NCBI RefSeq assembly: GCF_902713615.1
Contig: NC_052172.1
Location: forward strand, 16,277,327-16,341,326
Direction: 5' to 3'
Length of the DNA stretch: 64,000 nucleotides
From: Scyliorhinus canicula
Taxonomy: Eukaryota
This document shows, one piece after another, positions 27,181-39,815 of this stretch; position 1 is the first letter of the stretch, and the number at the start of each line of letters is the position of its first letter. A program made the translations under genes and the position numbers. A model generated the notes under the pieces. That model was not told the origin of the DNA. It was given only the letters and a program-made list of their open reading frames with translations, and made no database searches.

Positions 27181-27327
27181 CTGTCGGACAAATTCGATGC
27201 CCTTTGACCCCGGGTATCGCTCGATTAGCATTGGCACCAAGAAAACATTCCATAAGCGCTGCAAGTCGATGAGAGAGGTGAGGTGCCTCACCTGACTTGA
27301 CATGACAGTCTTTGGTTTGTGTTCCAA
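27181..27327 (-). CDS. QPCTL: QPCTL coding exon 2
   Basis: ttttacacag|LEHKP...LQRLWNVFLVPMLIERYPGSKGIEFVRQ|gtgtgt; 147 nt. Confidence 0.93.
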
Positions 27328-27516
27328 CTGTGTAAAAAAGAAAAGTATTTTAAGAACTTCATTTTCATTCAACCTAAACACAGGAATTGGGGACTGTAAC
27401 TTGCATTTATATAGCACCTTAAAGACAGTAAAACGTCCCAGGCACTTCATTGGCGAATTATCGGACAAAACATTTCAGTGCCTTTTTCAGGATGGCAGCC
27501 TGAATCCACTAGCGGT

Positions 27517-28420
27517 GGATTGGATTGGATTTGTTTATTGTCACGTGTACCGAGGTACAGTGAAAAGTATTTTTCTGCGAGCAGCTCAACAGATCATTAA
27601 GTACATGGGAAGAAAAGGGAATGAAAGAAAATACATAATAGGGCAACACAAGGTACACAATGTAACTACATAGACACCGGCATCGGGTGAAGCATACAGG
27701 GGTGTAGTGTTAATGAGGTCAGTCCATAAGTGGGTCGTTTAGGAGTCTGGTAACAGCAGGGAAGAAGCTGTTTTTGAGTCTGTTGTGCGTGTTCTCAGAC
27801 TTCTGTATCTCCTGCCCGATGGAAGAAGTTGGAAGAGTGAGTAAGCCGGGTGGGAGGGATCTTTGATTATGCTGCCCACTTTCCCCCGGCAGCGGGAGGT
27901 GTAGATGGAGTCAATGGATGGGAGGCAGGTTCGTGTGATGGACTGGGCGGTGTTCACGACTCTCTGAAGTTCCTTGCGGTCCTGGACCGAGCAGTTGCCA
28001 TACCAGGCTGTGATGCAGCCAGATAGGATGCTTTCTACGGTGCATCTGTAAAAGTTGGTAAGGGTTAATGTGGACGTGCCAAATTTCCTTAGTTTCCTGA
28101 GGAAGTAAAGGCGCTGTTGTGCTTTCTTGGTGGTAGCATCGACGTGGATGGACCAGGACAGATATTTGGAGATGTGCACCCCTCGGAATTTGAAACTGCT
28201 AACCATCTCCACCTCGGCCCCGTTGATGCTGACAGGGGTGTGTACAGTACTTTGCTTCCTGAAGTCAATGATCAGCTCTTTAGTTTTGCTGGCATTGAGG
28301 GAGAGATTGTTGTCACTGCACCACTCCACTAAGTTCTCTATCTCCCTCCTGTATTGACTTGTCGTTATTCGAGATCCAGCCCACTATGGTCGTATCATCA
28401 GCAAACTTGTAGATGGAGTT
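27517..28420 (-). mobile_element. Rex1/Babar-like LINE 3' fragment (same 3' tail also at ~3470-3710 and ~35485-35720)
   Basis: KFADD followed by WCSDNNLSLNASKTKELIIDFRK...ESILSGCITAWYG; (caatc)n tail. Confidence 0.8.
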
Positions 28421-28421
28421 G

Positions 28422-29166
28422 TTCCGCAGGGGTCAGTGCTGGAACCACACCTATTCACGATATACATTAATGACCTGGAAGAAGGAACTGAGAGTATTAT
28501 TGCTAAGTTTGCAAATGATACGATGATAAGTAGAGGGACAGGTAATGTTGAGGAAACAGAAGAACTTGGACAGTCTTGGAGAGCGGCATGGTAGCCCAGT
28601 GCTTAGCACAGTTGCTGCACAGCTCCAGGGTCCCAGGTTCGATTCCCGGCTGGGTAACTGTCTGTGCGGAGTCTGCACGTTCTCCCCGTGTGTGCGTGCG
28701 TTTCCTCCGGGTGCTCCGGTTTCCTCCCACAGTCCAAAGATGTGCAGGTTAGGTGGATTGGCCGTGATAAATTGCGCTTAGTGTCCAAAAAAGGTTAGGT
28801 GGGGCTACTGGGTTACGGGGATAGGGTGGAGGTGTGGACTTGGGTAGGGTGGTCTTTCCAAGGGCCGGTGCAGTCTCGATGGGCTGAATGGCCTCCTTCT
28901 GCACTGTAAAAGAATTCTATGAGAATGGGCAAAGAAGTGGCAGATGGAATACACTGTGGAAAAGTGTGAGGTTATGCATGTTGGTGGGAAGAATAGGGGC
29001 AAAGACCATTTTCTAAATGGGGAAAAGGCTTCCAAAGTCAGAAGCACAAAGGGACTTAGGAGTCCTAGTTCAGGATTCTCTTAAGGTTAACGTGCAGGTT
29101 CAGTCGGCAGTTAGGAAAGCAAATGCAATGTTAGCATTCATGTCGAGAGGGCTAGAATAGAAGAGT
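28422..29166 (+). mobile_element. CR1 LINE RT fragment interrupted by a SINE (28581-28921)
   Basis: PQGSVL...IYINDLEEG...KFANDT RT motifs, degenerate. Confidence 0.75.
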
Positions 29167-31327
29167 AGTGTGGCCACCTAAAATGGCGTCCAGCAAGGGA
29201 TGCTGGGAAAAGTGGTCAAGGGTATGGACAGGCAGGCTGCAGAACAGATCAAACAAAGTCGCAGCAAAAGGGTTTGCAGACTTCAAACGATTTCACAGGT
29301 TGATGTGAATAACATAAGTAAAGGGCCATCTCCAGAATCAATAGAACGGTCCTGTTAATCATACTTGTTTACCAGACACAGTGGCACCTAACTTTCCTAT
29401 TTGGAAGGCGTACATGAACACACCTTCAAGCATGGTCACTGAGTGCCCATCCCAAAATTGGTGTGGCAGCCCCTGATTGGACCTGATCGACCTGGCTGAT
29501 CGAGCCCCCATCAATTCATTGACAGATGACCCAGAGACCGCCCACCAAAAGGATCACGACATTCAAACGGCATCAAAGTTATTGCTCGGATTCATTCTTC
29601 TCTCGGAGCAGCAGCAGTAACTATCAACGGTGACTTCCACCGGCTGAAGGCGGAGACCATCACTCGACCCACGCAGACACGGGGAGAATGTGCAAACCCC
29701 ACACGGACAGTAACCCGGGGCCGGGTTCGAACCCGGGTCCTCGGCCCTGGGTCACTGTCCGTGTGGAGTTTGCACATTCTCCCCGTGTCTGCGTGGGTTT
29801 CACCCCCACAACCCAAAGATGTGCAGGATAGGCGGATTGGCCACACTAAATTGTCCCTTAATTGGAAAAAATAATTGGGTACTCTAAATTTTTTTTTTTA
29901 AAGTCAAACCATGACCATGAAACCATTGTCAATTGTTGCAAAAAAAAAATCCATCTCCTTTACTGAGGCCCTTGAGGGAAAAAAGGGATAGGGCAGCACG
30001 GTAGCATTATGGATAGCACAATCGCTTCACAGCTCCAGGGTCCCAGGTTCGATTCCGGCTTGGGTCACTGTCTGTGCGGAGTCTGCACATCCTCCCCGTG
30101 TGTGCGTGGGTTTCCTCCGGGTGCTCCGGTTTCCTCCCACAGTCCAAAAGATGTGCGGGTTAGGTGGATTGGCCATGATAAACTGCCCTTAGTGTCCAAA
30201 ATTGCCCTTAAGTGTTGGGTGGGGTTACTGGGTTATGGGGATAGGGTGGAGGTGTTAACCTTGGGTAGGATGCACTTTCCAGGAGCCGGTGCAGACTCGA
30301 TGGGCTGAATGGCCTCCTTCTGCACTGTAAATTCTATGTAAAAATATGCCCATCTGACCTACACGTGACTCCAGACCCACTTTTAACTGCCCCTCGGAAA
30401 TAGCCTAGCAAGGCACTCAGGGCAATTAGGGATAGGCAACATTACACCCCTGCCCCCCCCCCCCCCCCCACCCCCCCCCAACAGACTCCAGCCCAAAACC
30501 TCTGCATCCCTGGCCCACCTCAATCTTTATACCATTAGCCTCTGCCAACAGCTTTTCTTTAACTATCTTATCCCAACCTGTCCTAACCTTGTACCCCTCG
30601 AACAACTCCCCCCTCAATTTCCTCCTCTCCAAGGAGAACAAACCCCAACTTCCCCAACCCAAACCTCGGCGCTGAAATCCGCTTCCCCACACCACATCCC
30701 TGGAACAATTCCGGTAACTCGTCCTCCGCACCCTCTATGGTCACTGGCCAATGGCCCGATTGTGTCAATGGCTGAAACTGTATAGCCTCACGGTGCCCTG
30801 TGTTGGAATCCGACCTCGGGTCACTGTCTGTGCGGAGTTTGCACTTTCTCCCCGTGTCTGCGTGGGTTTCCTCCGGGCGCTCCGGTTTCCTCCCACAGTC
30901 CAGAGATGTGCAGGTTAGGTGGATTGGCTGTGCTAAAATTGCTTCTTAGTGCCCAACGGTTAGGTGGGTTATGGGACGGGTGCGGGGAAGTGGGCCGAGA
31001 TTCGAGTGCTCTTTTGGCGGGTTCGGTGCAGAGCCGATGGGCTGAATGGCTTCATTCTGCACTTTGTGGATTTTATAACACCATAAAATCTAGGTGCAGG
31101 ATTAGGCCATTCATCCCATCGAGTCTGCTCCGCCATTCAATCACGGCTGAAATGTTTCTCATCCCCATTCTCCTGCCTTCTCCCCATAGCCCCTGATCCC
31201 CCATAATTCATCAAGAACACCAGTTTTGTGTGTGTGGTACTGTTACCGACAGGGCTACAGACCAAGAGCTGGAAGGTGGAATTAGACAAAATAGTTCTTT
31301 CCAGGAACATCAGAACTAGGATCAGGA

Positions 31328-32274
31328 TTCCCTTTGCTGCCCTCGCAGGGGACGATGGACAGAGTGCTTTTGGGGGTGTGGGTCGGAGAGGGGAAGGTGT
31401 CTGACATCTATAAGGTAATGCAGGAGGTGGAGGAGTCGTCAGTGGAGGAGCTGAAGGCTAAATGGGAGGAGGAACTAGGGGAGCAGATAGAGGACGGGAC
31501 TTGGGCGGAGGCCTTGGAGAGAGTCAACTCCTCCTCCTCATGTGCGAGGCTTAGTCCCATCCAATTTAAGGTGCTGCACCGGGCCCATATGTCCGGGACT
31601 AGGATGAGTAGGTTCTTTGGGGGTGAGGACAGGTGCACCAGATGTTCGGGGAGTCCTGCGAACCACACCCATATGTTCTGGGCATGCCCAGCCCTGGAAG
31701 AATTCTGGAAGGGGGTGGCGGTGACGGTGTCGAGGGTGGTTGGATCCAGGGTCAAACCAGGGTGGGGACTCGCAATTTTTGGGGTTGGGGTGGAGCCGGG
31801 AGTGCAGGAAGCGAAAGAGGCCGGTGTCCTGGCCTTTGCGTCCCTAGTAGCCCGTCGAAGGATTCTGTTACAATGGAAGGATGCAAGGCCCCCAAGCGTG
31901 GAGACCTGGATCAGTGACATGGCGGGATTTATAAAATTGGAAAAGGTCAAATTTGCCCTGAGAGGATCAATACAAGGGTTCTATAAACGATGGCAGCCTT
32001 TTCTGGACTTCCTGGCTCAGAGATAGGTAACTGGGTCAATAGCAGCAGCAACCCGGGGGGGGGGGGGGGGGGGGGGGGGGTGCATTATTGTAGTGTTTAT
32101 TCTGTAACTTTATAGTGTGTTAATTTGCGTTGTTGTTAAAATGCTGGGTTGTTCATGGGGATGGGGCGAATGTATATGATTGTTAATATTATTGTTATTT
32201 TCGGTATTTTACTAAGGTGCGTTATTGTTGTATAAAATCAAAATTTCTCAATAAAAATTATTTAAAAAAAAAAA
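31328..32274 (+). mobile_element. 5'-truncated L1-clade LINE
   Basis: Uninterrupted 230-aa ORF2 C-terminus (QFKVLHR..CTRC..HMFWAC); G-tract 3' UTR, AATAAA and poly(A); TSD agaactagga(t/a)cagga at 31312-31327 and 32275-32290. Confidence 0.9.
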
Positions 32275-33081
32275 AGAACTAGGAACAGGAGCAGACAAGT
32301 TTGCCTCTCGAGCCTGCTTTGAAAAATTGTTTACCCAATTGAGGAAAAAGTTCCTGCAGCCAATCGGGTGAGGGGCAGGGTGGCACAGTGGTTGGCACTG
32401 CTGCCTCACAGCGCCAGGGACACGGGTTCAATTCTCAGCTTGGGTCACTGTCTGTGCGGAGTCTGCACGTTCTCCCCGTGTCTGCGTGGGTTCCCTCCGG
32501 GTGCTCCGGTTTCCTCCCACAGTCCAAAGATGTGCAGGTGAGGTGGATTGGTTGTAATAAATTTGCCCCTTAGGTGTCCAAAAGGTTTGGTTGGGTTACA
32601 GGGTGGCGCTGTGGTTAGTTAGCACTGCTGCCTCACGGTGCCGAGGTCCCAGGTTCGATCCTGGCCCCGGGTCACTGTCCGTGTGGAGTTTGCACATTCT
32701 CCCCGTGTCTGCGTGGGTTTCGCCCCCACAACCCAAAGATGTGCAGGATAGGTGGATTGGCCACGCTAAATTGCCCCTTAATTGGAAAAAAATAATTGGA
32801 TACTCTAAATTTATTAAAAGAAAACCATGCAGGACATAGTGATATACTTGTGTAATTAGGAATGAGTTACAACATATATTGCAACAGAATTGAAGCAACT
32901 TCTATTTTTTTTTAAAACTAACAATCTGAATGATATAAATTAAACTGATTTTAGAAAAGTGTACGAGTTTTAAGGTTGGGATTTTAAATTCAGAGCAGCG
33001 TCCCTTAATGAAACGTGTCTCTCGGCCGAGTCACATTGTTGCAGTTTTAATGTTGCCAATTACTCCTTGGAGGCCACGTAC

Positions 33082-33267
33082 CTTCCTCCGGGTCCAGTCC
33101 TCCAGTGGCTCTCCTGGCTGTTCGGCTGTGAGATGAAGCCCCCAGAAGGTGCAGAGCAGCGCCAGGGCGAAGGAAGCCAAGAGCCAGTAGGCGAGCCGGG
33201 GCATCTTGGCCAGATAGGGGCGCCTGTCGGTGCGGGGGGCGCGCTGATTCCTGGCTGACTTGGCCAT
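33082..33267 (-). CDS. QPCTL: QPCTL coding exon 1 (cytosolic basic N-tail plus type II signal anchor)
   Basis: MAKSARNQRAPRTDRRPYLAKMPRLAYWLLASFALALLCTFWGLH...WTRRK, 62 codons; donor AAG|gtacgt, phase 0. Confidence 0.85.
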
Positions 33268-34086
33268 CTCGCTCAATGAATCGGATCAAGACCTGCAATT
33301 TAAAAAAAAATAAAGGCACACTCGCACCCAAGAATGAAGAGGCAAACGTTGCAAATATATCTTTCAGTGTGGTTCCCAGACCTCAGTTGCTCCTGGTTGA
33401 TTTCATGTCAATTTCTCTGTTTAAAATCCCACCTCTTCTGAAACATCCTCCCCTCCACTTTCTGCTGGCAGCTGTTCAAAGCATCGACGCAGAATGATGA
33501 CATTTTACTGGGGGTGTTGTCTACTTTTCACGAGGCACCACCTCCTCCCAGGCTGGCTTTACTGCAACTTGACAATACTGCAAAATAGGCTTTTCGTGGC
33601 ACCGCCACAGTGGCAGACTGGGGGCTGTGGATCTGGAGTCATATGTGGGCCAGAATGGCATATTTATTTCCCTAAAAGGGTCACCAGATGGGGGGTCGGG
33701 TCCCACCCACCCCCATGGTCTTTGCATTACAAATTCAAATTTCACCCCCCCCCCCCCCCCCCCCTCCCTCCCTGCAGTGGCAGGTTTCGAACCCAGGTCA
33801 GCGTTACCCTGGATCTCTGCATTGCCAGTCACTGTCGTGTTAGGTACACTTCTGCACGTTCTCCCCGTGTGTGAGTGGGTTTCCTCCGGGTGCTCCGGTT
33901 TCCTCCCACAGTCCAAAGACGTGCAGGTTAGGTGGATTGGCCATGATAAATTACCATTAGTGACCAAAAAAAGGTTAGGAGGGGTTATTGGGTTACGGGG
34001 ATAGGGTGGAAGTGAGGGCTCAAGTGGGTCGGTGCAGACTCGGTGGGCCGAATGGCCCACTTCTGCATTGAATGCTCTATGAACAC

Positions 34087-34455
34087 TGGATGCAGGTTAG
34101 ATCAGATTCTCCAGACCTTGAAGTTAGTTCAATCAGGTTTATTGAACTAATAGCACAGTTAGCACAGTTAGCACAGTTCTCTATGAGTTCGACTCTCTGC
34201 TAACTTAAGTCTGGTTACTCTGACTGAACCAGACTAGCTCTTAGCCACGTGGTGGGGGTGTGAGATTGTAACAACACCCTTGACTGACTCTCTAGATGTT
34301 CATCAGTGGAAAGAGGTGGAGTGTGAGTGCCTTGTGTCTTTTATAGTCAGTTCCCACCCCTGAGTGTCCTGCCTGCTTATTGGTCATGTCCTGCTCTCTG
34401 TGCCCATTAGCTGCTTGTCTGTATATCATTATGTGTGTGTCCGCATATCATGACA
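34087..34455 (-). mobile_element. Probable solo LTR
   Basis: Minus strand begins TGTCATGA, then TATAAAA (~34340) and AATAAA (34138-34143) in LTR order; TSD not clear. Confidence 0.5.
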
Positions 34456-36917
34456 GTCACAATATCACCTATCCCTATAGAGTCATAGAGGCCTACAGCA
34501 CGGGACAGGCCCTTGGGCCCATCGTGTTGGTGCCGGTAGCACAGTGTTTAGCACAGTTGCTTCACAGCTCCAGGGTCCTGGGTTCGATTCCCAGTTGGGT
34601 CACTGTCTGTGCAGAGTCTGCACATTTTCCCCCGTGTCTTGCGTGGGTTTCCCCCGGGCGCTCCGGTTTCCTCCCACAGTCGTCCAAAGACGTACAGGTT
34701 AGGTGGATTGGCCATGATAAATTGCCCCTTAGTGTCCAAAAAGGGTAAGTGGGGTTGCTGGGTTATGGGGATAGAGTGGAGGGTGTTCTTTCCAATGGTT
34801 GGTGCAGACTCGATGGGCCGAATGGCCTCCTTCTGCACTGTAAATTCTATGTCTATGTCTAACCACCTAACTGTTCTAATCCCATTTCCCAGCACCTGGC
34901 CCCATATTCTTGTACATCCTGGGATCGCAGGTTCACATCTAAATACTTCTTAAATGCACGGTAACATAATGGTTGGCACTGTTGCTTCACAGTGCCAGGG
35001 ACCCGGGTTCGATTCCCGGCTTGGGTCACAGTCTGTGCGGAGCGCTGTGAACATAGTTACATACCTGGCTGTTTTTCTTTATCAATTCTTGGATCGGGGA
35101 CTCACTGCCATTGATTGGTCATCACTAATTGTCCCTTGAGAAGGTGATCCGCCTTCATGTGCAGCTGCAGTCCATATGGTGCAGGTACACCTGAGTGCTG
35201 TTAGGAGTGATAGGAACCATACAGGACAGGAGGTGGCCATTCATCCCACCTGCATATGCTGGTTAACTTAAAAGATCTCTCCGCCCTTTCCCGTAGCCTT
35301 GTAAATATGAACTTTTTCTTAGAATCAGAGAATCCCTACAGTGCAGAAGGCCCATCGAGTCTGCACCGGTCCTCTGAGAGAGCACCCTACCTTGGCACAC
35401 TCCCCCCACCCTATCCCCATAACCCCACCTAACCTTCGGACTCTAAGGGGCAATTCAGCACCCTACCCACATCCACTCAGCCATTGGATTGGATTGGATT
35501 TGTTTATTGTCACGTGTACCGAGGTACAGTGAAAAGTATTTTGCTGCGAGCAGCTCAACAGATCATTAAGTACATGGGAAGAAAAGGGAATAAAAGGAAA
35601 TACATAATAGGGCAACACAAGGTATACAATGTACATATGGATGAAGCAACAGGGCGTAGTGTTAATGAGGTCAGTCCAAAAGAGGGTCATGTAGGAGTCT
35701 GGTAACAGCGGGAGAGAAGCTATCTTCCCCCTGCCCTATCTTAATAACCCCATAACCGAACCTGCACATCCCTGGTCACCAAAGGTCAATTTAGCATGGC
35801 CAATCCACCTACATTGCACATCTTTGGGCTGTGGGAGGAAACTGGAGCACCATGAGGAAACCCACGCAGACATGGGGAGACAGGGGCTGGTTTAGCTCAC
35901 TAGGCTAAATCGCTGGCTTTTAAAGCAGACCAAGCCTCCCCGGACAGGCGCCGGAATGTGGCGACTAGGGGCTTTTCACAGTAACTTCATTGAAGCCTAC
36001 GCGCGACAATAGGCGATTTTCATTATTCAAAGTGCAAACTCCACACAGTCATCCAAGGCCGGAATTGAACCCAGGGCACCGTGAAGCTATGCAGTGCCGC
36101 CTTAAATGCCTTTCGAAAATGATTATCGATCTGTATCCACGACCCTCTCTAGTACCACGCTCAGGCCATCAGAATGCGCTGTATTATTTCTCCAATCATC
36201 CCATCCTCTTTAGATTTCTTTTTGTCGGTTACCTTAAATCGTTTGCTCCCCGATCCATAAGAAATGCACTGGGAGGAGTTGCATGATTTTGACCCAATGA
36301 TAGTGAAACAGTGCCAAGTCATTGATACCATTGAACGAGGGGTATTCAGCATCTCCGGATGAGGTACAGTGGCCAATTTGGGGTCCCTGCTGCCTGGATG
36401 ACCGACTTTGCCTCTTGCTATGTACGATGCCACAGGGCAGCACGGTGGCACAGTGGGTTAGCCCTGCTGCCTCACGACGCCGAGGTCCCAGGTTCGATCC
36501 CGGCTCTGGCCCACTGTCCGTGTGGAGTTTGCACATTCTCCCCGTGTTTGCATGGGTCTCGGCCCCACAACCCAAAGATGTGCAGGGTAGGTGGATTGGC
36601 CACGCTAAATTGCCCCTTAATTCGAAAAAATGAATTGGGCACTCTAAATTGACTTTTAAAAAATGTACGATTCCACGAGGCGTTCGCCTTCCCGCCGTTA
36701 ACCCTCTCTCCATTCTTCAAGCGAGAGCTGAGGTGGTACGGCCATGGGCGGCGTCACAGTCAAATGGAAAGCCTGTGTCTACAACCTAGACTCGGTGGGT
36801 AGATCCATCAAAGGTGGGGGGGGGGGGGAATGTTGAACTCACTACCGTGCGGCCTACTTGAGGCCAATAACATAGATATATTTAAGGTCATTCTACATGA
36901 CCACATGAGGGGGAAAG

Positions 36918-37214
36918 GAAACATAGAAAATAGAAGCAGGAGGAGGCCATTCGGCCCTTCCAGCCGGCTCCGCCATTCATTATGATCATGGCTGATCATC
37001 AAGTTCAATACCCTGATCCTGCCTTCCCCTATATCCCTTGATCCCTTTAGCCCCACGAACCATATCAAATTCCTTCTTGAAATTACACAACGTTTTGGCC
37101 TCAACTACTTTCTGTGGTAGTGAATTCCACAGATTCACCACTCTCTGGGTGAAGAAATTTCTCCTCACCTCAGTCCTAAAAGGTTTACCCCTTATCCTCA
37201 AACTATGACCCCTT
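36918..37214 (-). mobile_element. CR1 LINE 3' end
   Basis: RGHSLRIRGKPFRTEVRRNFFTQRVVNLWNSLP plus CR1 tail. Confidence 0.8.
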
Positions 37215-39368
37215 GTTCCAAAATTGCCCTTAGCGTTGGGTGGGGTTACTGGGTTATGGGGATAGGGTGGGGGTGTGGGCTTGGGTAAGGTGCTGTTTCC
37301 AAGAGCCGGTGCAGACTCGATGGGCCGAATGGCCTCCTTCTGCACTGTAAATTCTATAATTCTATGACTATGAAGGGATTGGTACAAAGGCGGCTAGATG
37401 GAGCTGAGATGTAGTTCCAAGCTAGCAACTGGAATGTGAGAGAAGAAATTTACTGAGAGAAGCGATTAAATTACTTAATCATCTCATACAATCTGTTAAC
37501 TCCAGAAAGTTAGGTGTTACAGAGTCTATGATGGAAAAGGTTATGGGGGCACTGGACTGAAATCCTGTGAGCAGAATGTGGCTGTGAAAAATGAGCTTCC
37601 AAACAGTTCTGATGCTATAATTCTTCAGGCAAATTGTTTGGTGTTACATAGAACGTATAGAAAAGGCCATTCTACCCAAGTTCTCCATGCTGGTTTTTAT
37701 GTTGCACATGAACCACTTTCCACACTCATCCTATCAGCATATCCCACTATTCCTTTCCCTCCTCACCTGTTTTTTTCAGCTTCACCTTAAATGCATCCAT
37801 ACTATTTTACTCATCCAGTTCTGCATTCCACCGAGTCAAAGACCTTTAGATGGTTTCCCGGCACCCACCTCTGTCACAACGGAAGGACCCGGGGGTGGGG
37901 ATGTTCAGCATTTTTGTTCAATAAAATCTGGAATGATTGTTATCAACTCCAACCCGCCGTCACATCATTTGAGGTTAGTACGGCAGGGTATTAATACGTA
38001 GCCGAGTCCCCAGCCCCCCCATTGCCCGCCCGCAACACCGCTCTGCCCGAGTGCCTCATCTCGGCCTTGTCGCAATGCAGACAGTATTGGGAGCCACTCA
38101 CCGATGCTTCCACCCACTAAAGCGATTTCCAGAACCTGGCAAGTCGGATCCCAAAATTGGATGGAACAAAATAATAATTAAACATTGGCAATTAGATTGT
38201 ATCTTGAACTAACCGTGGGCAGCACGGTAGTACAAGTGGCTAGCACTGTGGCTTCACAGCGCCAGGGTCCCATGTTCGATTCCCGGCTTGGGTCACTGTC
38301 TGTGCAGAGTCGGCACGTCCTCCCCGTGTCTGCGTGGGTTTCCTCCGGGTGCTCCGGTTTCCTCCCACAGTCCAAAGACGTGCAGGTTAGGTGGATTGGC
38401 CGTGATAAATTGCGCATAGTGAGTAAAAAAAGGTGAGGAGAGGTTTTTGGGTTACGGGAATAGGGTGGAAGTGAGGGCTTAAGTGGGTCGGTGCAGACTC
38501 GATGGGCCGAATGGCCTCCTTCTGCACTGTATGTTCTATGTTCTAACTCGAATCCCCTCACTCGCATAAAGTGCAATAACTGCTGTGTAGCCAAACCACT
38601 CGGTGCACTGTAAGATCCCACAGGCAGCAAGAAGATTGATGGGCAGTTCAGCTGGTTTTGTTTCTGGTGAGATGGGTTTAGTTGAGGGAGGAATTTTGGT
38701 CAGGAGACAGAGGAGAATGCCCCTCCCTCCTCCGCTTTGCGTGCCAATATTTTATTGGTAATCATTTATGGGATGTGGGCGTCGAAGGCCAGTGCCCAAC
38801 CTTTATTGCCCGTCCCTAATTGCCCCTTGAGAAGGTAGTGGGTGAGCCGCTTTCTTGAGCTGCTGCAGTCCCTGTGGTGTAGGTGCACCCACAGCGCTGT
38901 TAGGGAGGGCGTTCCAGGATTTTGACCCAGTGACAGTGAAGGAACGGCCGATATATTTCCAAGTGGGGTCGGCGAGTGGGTCGGAGGGGAGCTTGTGGGT
39001 GGCGGGGTTCCCCATGAGCCTGTTGCCCCTCTAGGCGGTAGAGGTCACGCGTATCGTCAGCCCGTTGGCTGAGAGGGCGGACACCTCTCCGTTTAGTGTC
39101 TCACCCAGCAGGACAAGGCCCCCAACGATGCAGCACTCCCTCAGGGTGTGAGGCTCGGAGTGTCCGCCGAGGTGGTATGATCAGGACTCTGGACTGAGGC
39201 ATGACCCAAGAACGTTACGGCCTACGCTTAACGTCTTAGCTGAACCCCTGACATTGCAGCAATCTCCCTCCGCCATTGCAATGGAGCATTTGCCAAGATA
39301 ACCGGTTTGAATTCTGGTTAAATACCCTAAACAATACAACCATCACATCATTGCAAAAACAAAATAAG

Positions 39369-39374
39369 TTTATT
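39369..39374 (-). terminator. Candidate FBXO46 polyadenylation signal (3' UTR ~2.9 kb)
   Basis: AATAAA on the minus strand followed by a U/GU-rich downstream tract (ttattttgtttttgcaatgatgtgatggttgtattgttt). Confidence 0.5.
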
Positions 39375-39758
39375 ACCAGATATGTTTTTTAAAAAAACAT
39401 TCAGGGAATCTTTAACTTCCCAGTGACAGGACACTGACTCGAGTCTCCTTCTGATACTGTGCCAAACCAGGAAATCTGTGCCGAAATATTTGGATATAAC
39501 ACTTGTGATGTGTTTTCGTGGCTGATGATTTAATTTAATCCAGCTCCATTGTCGATCCCCACCTGGGAGTTCTGATTGGAACTCAAAAAGCACATATGCC
39601 CCTTCAAGAGAATATATTTCACATGCCTAAGACCAAAATCAGGAGCACCGTGTTTAGAGTGAGGGTTTTTCGAGGCGGGTTAGGGTCAGAGGGGACGTTA
39701 AGCGTTTTGAGTCGGTTTGTTGGGTTTTCATTTGTCCACCTTCAGTAGTGTAGGCCTC

Positions 39759-39784
39759 ACCCCCCCCCCCCCCCCCCCCCCCCC

Positions 39785-39815
<31 letters not shown>
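39759..39815 (+). repeat. ~57-nt poly(C) tract
   Basis: C homopolymer interrupted by a single T. Confidence 0.9.

Noticed and set aside
29169-29660. Possible LTR-like insert beginning tgtggcc after the CR1 fragment
   Set aside because: No clear 3' terminus or TSD could be identified
33300-39300. Expected SNRPD2 next to the QPCTL 5' end
   Set aside because: No Sm D2 peptide was recognised by eye; tblastn is needed to exclude short exons
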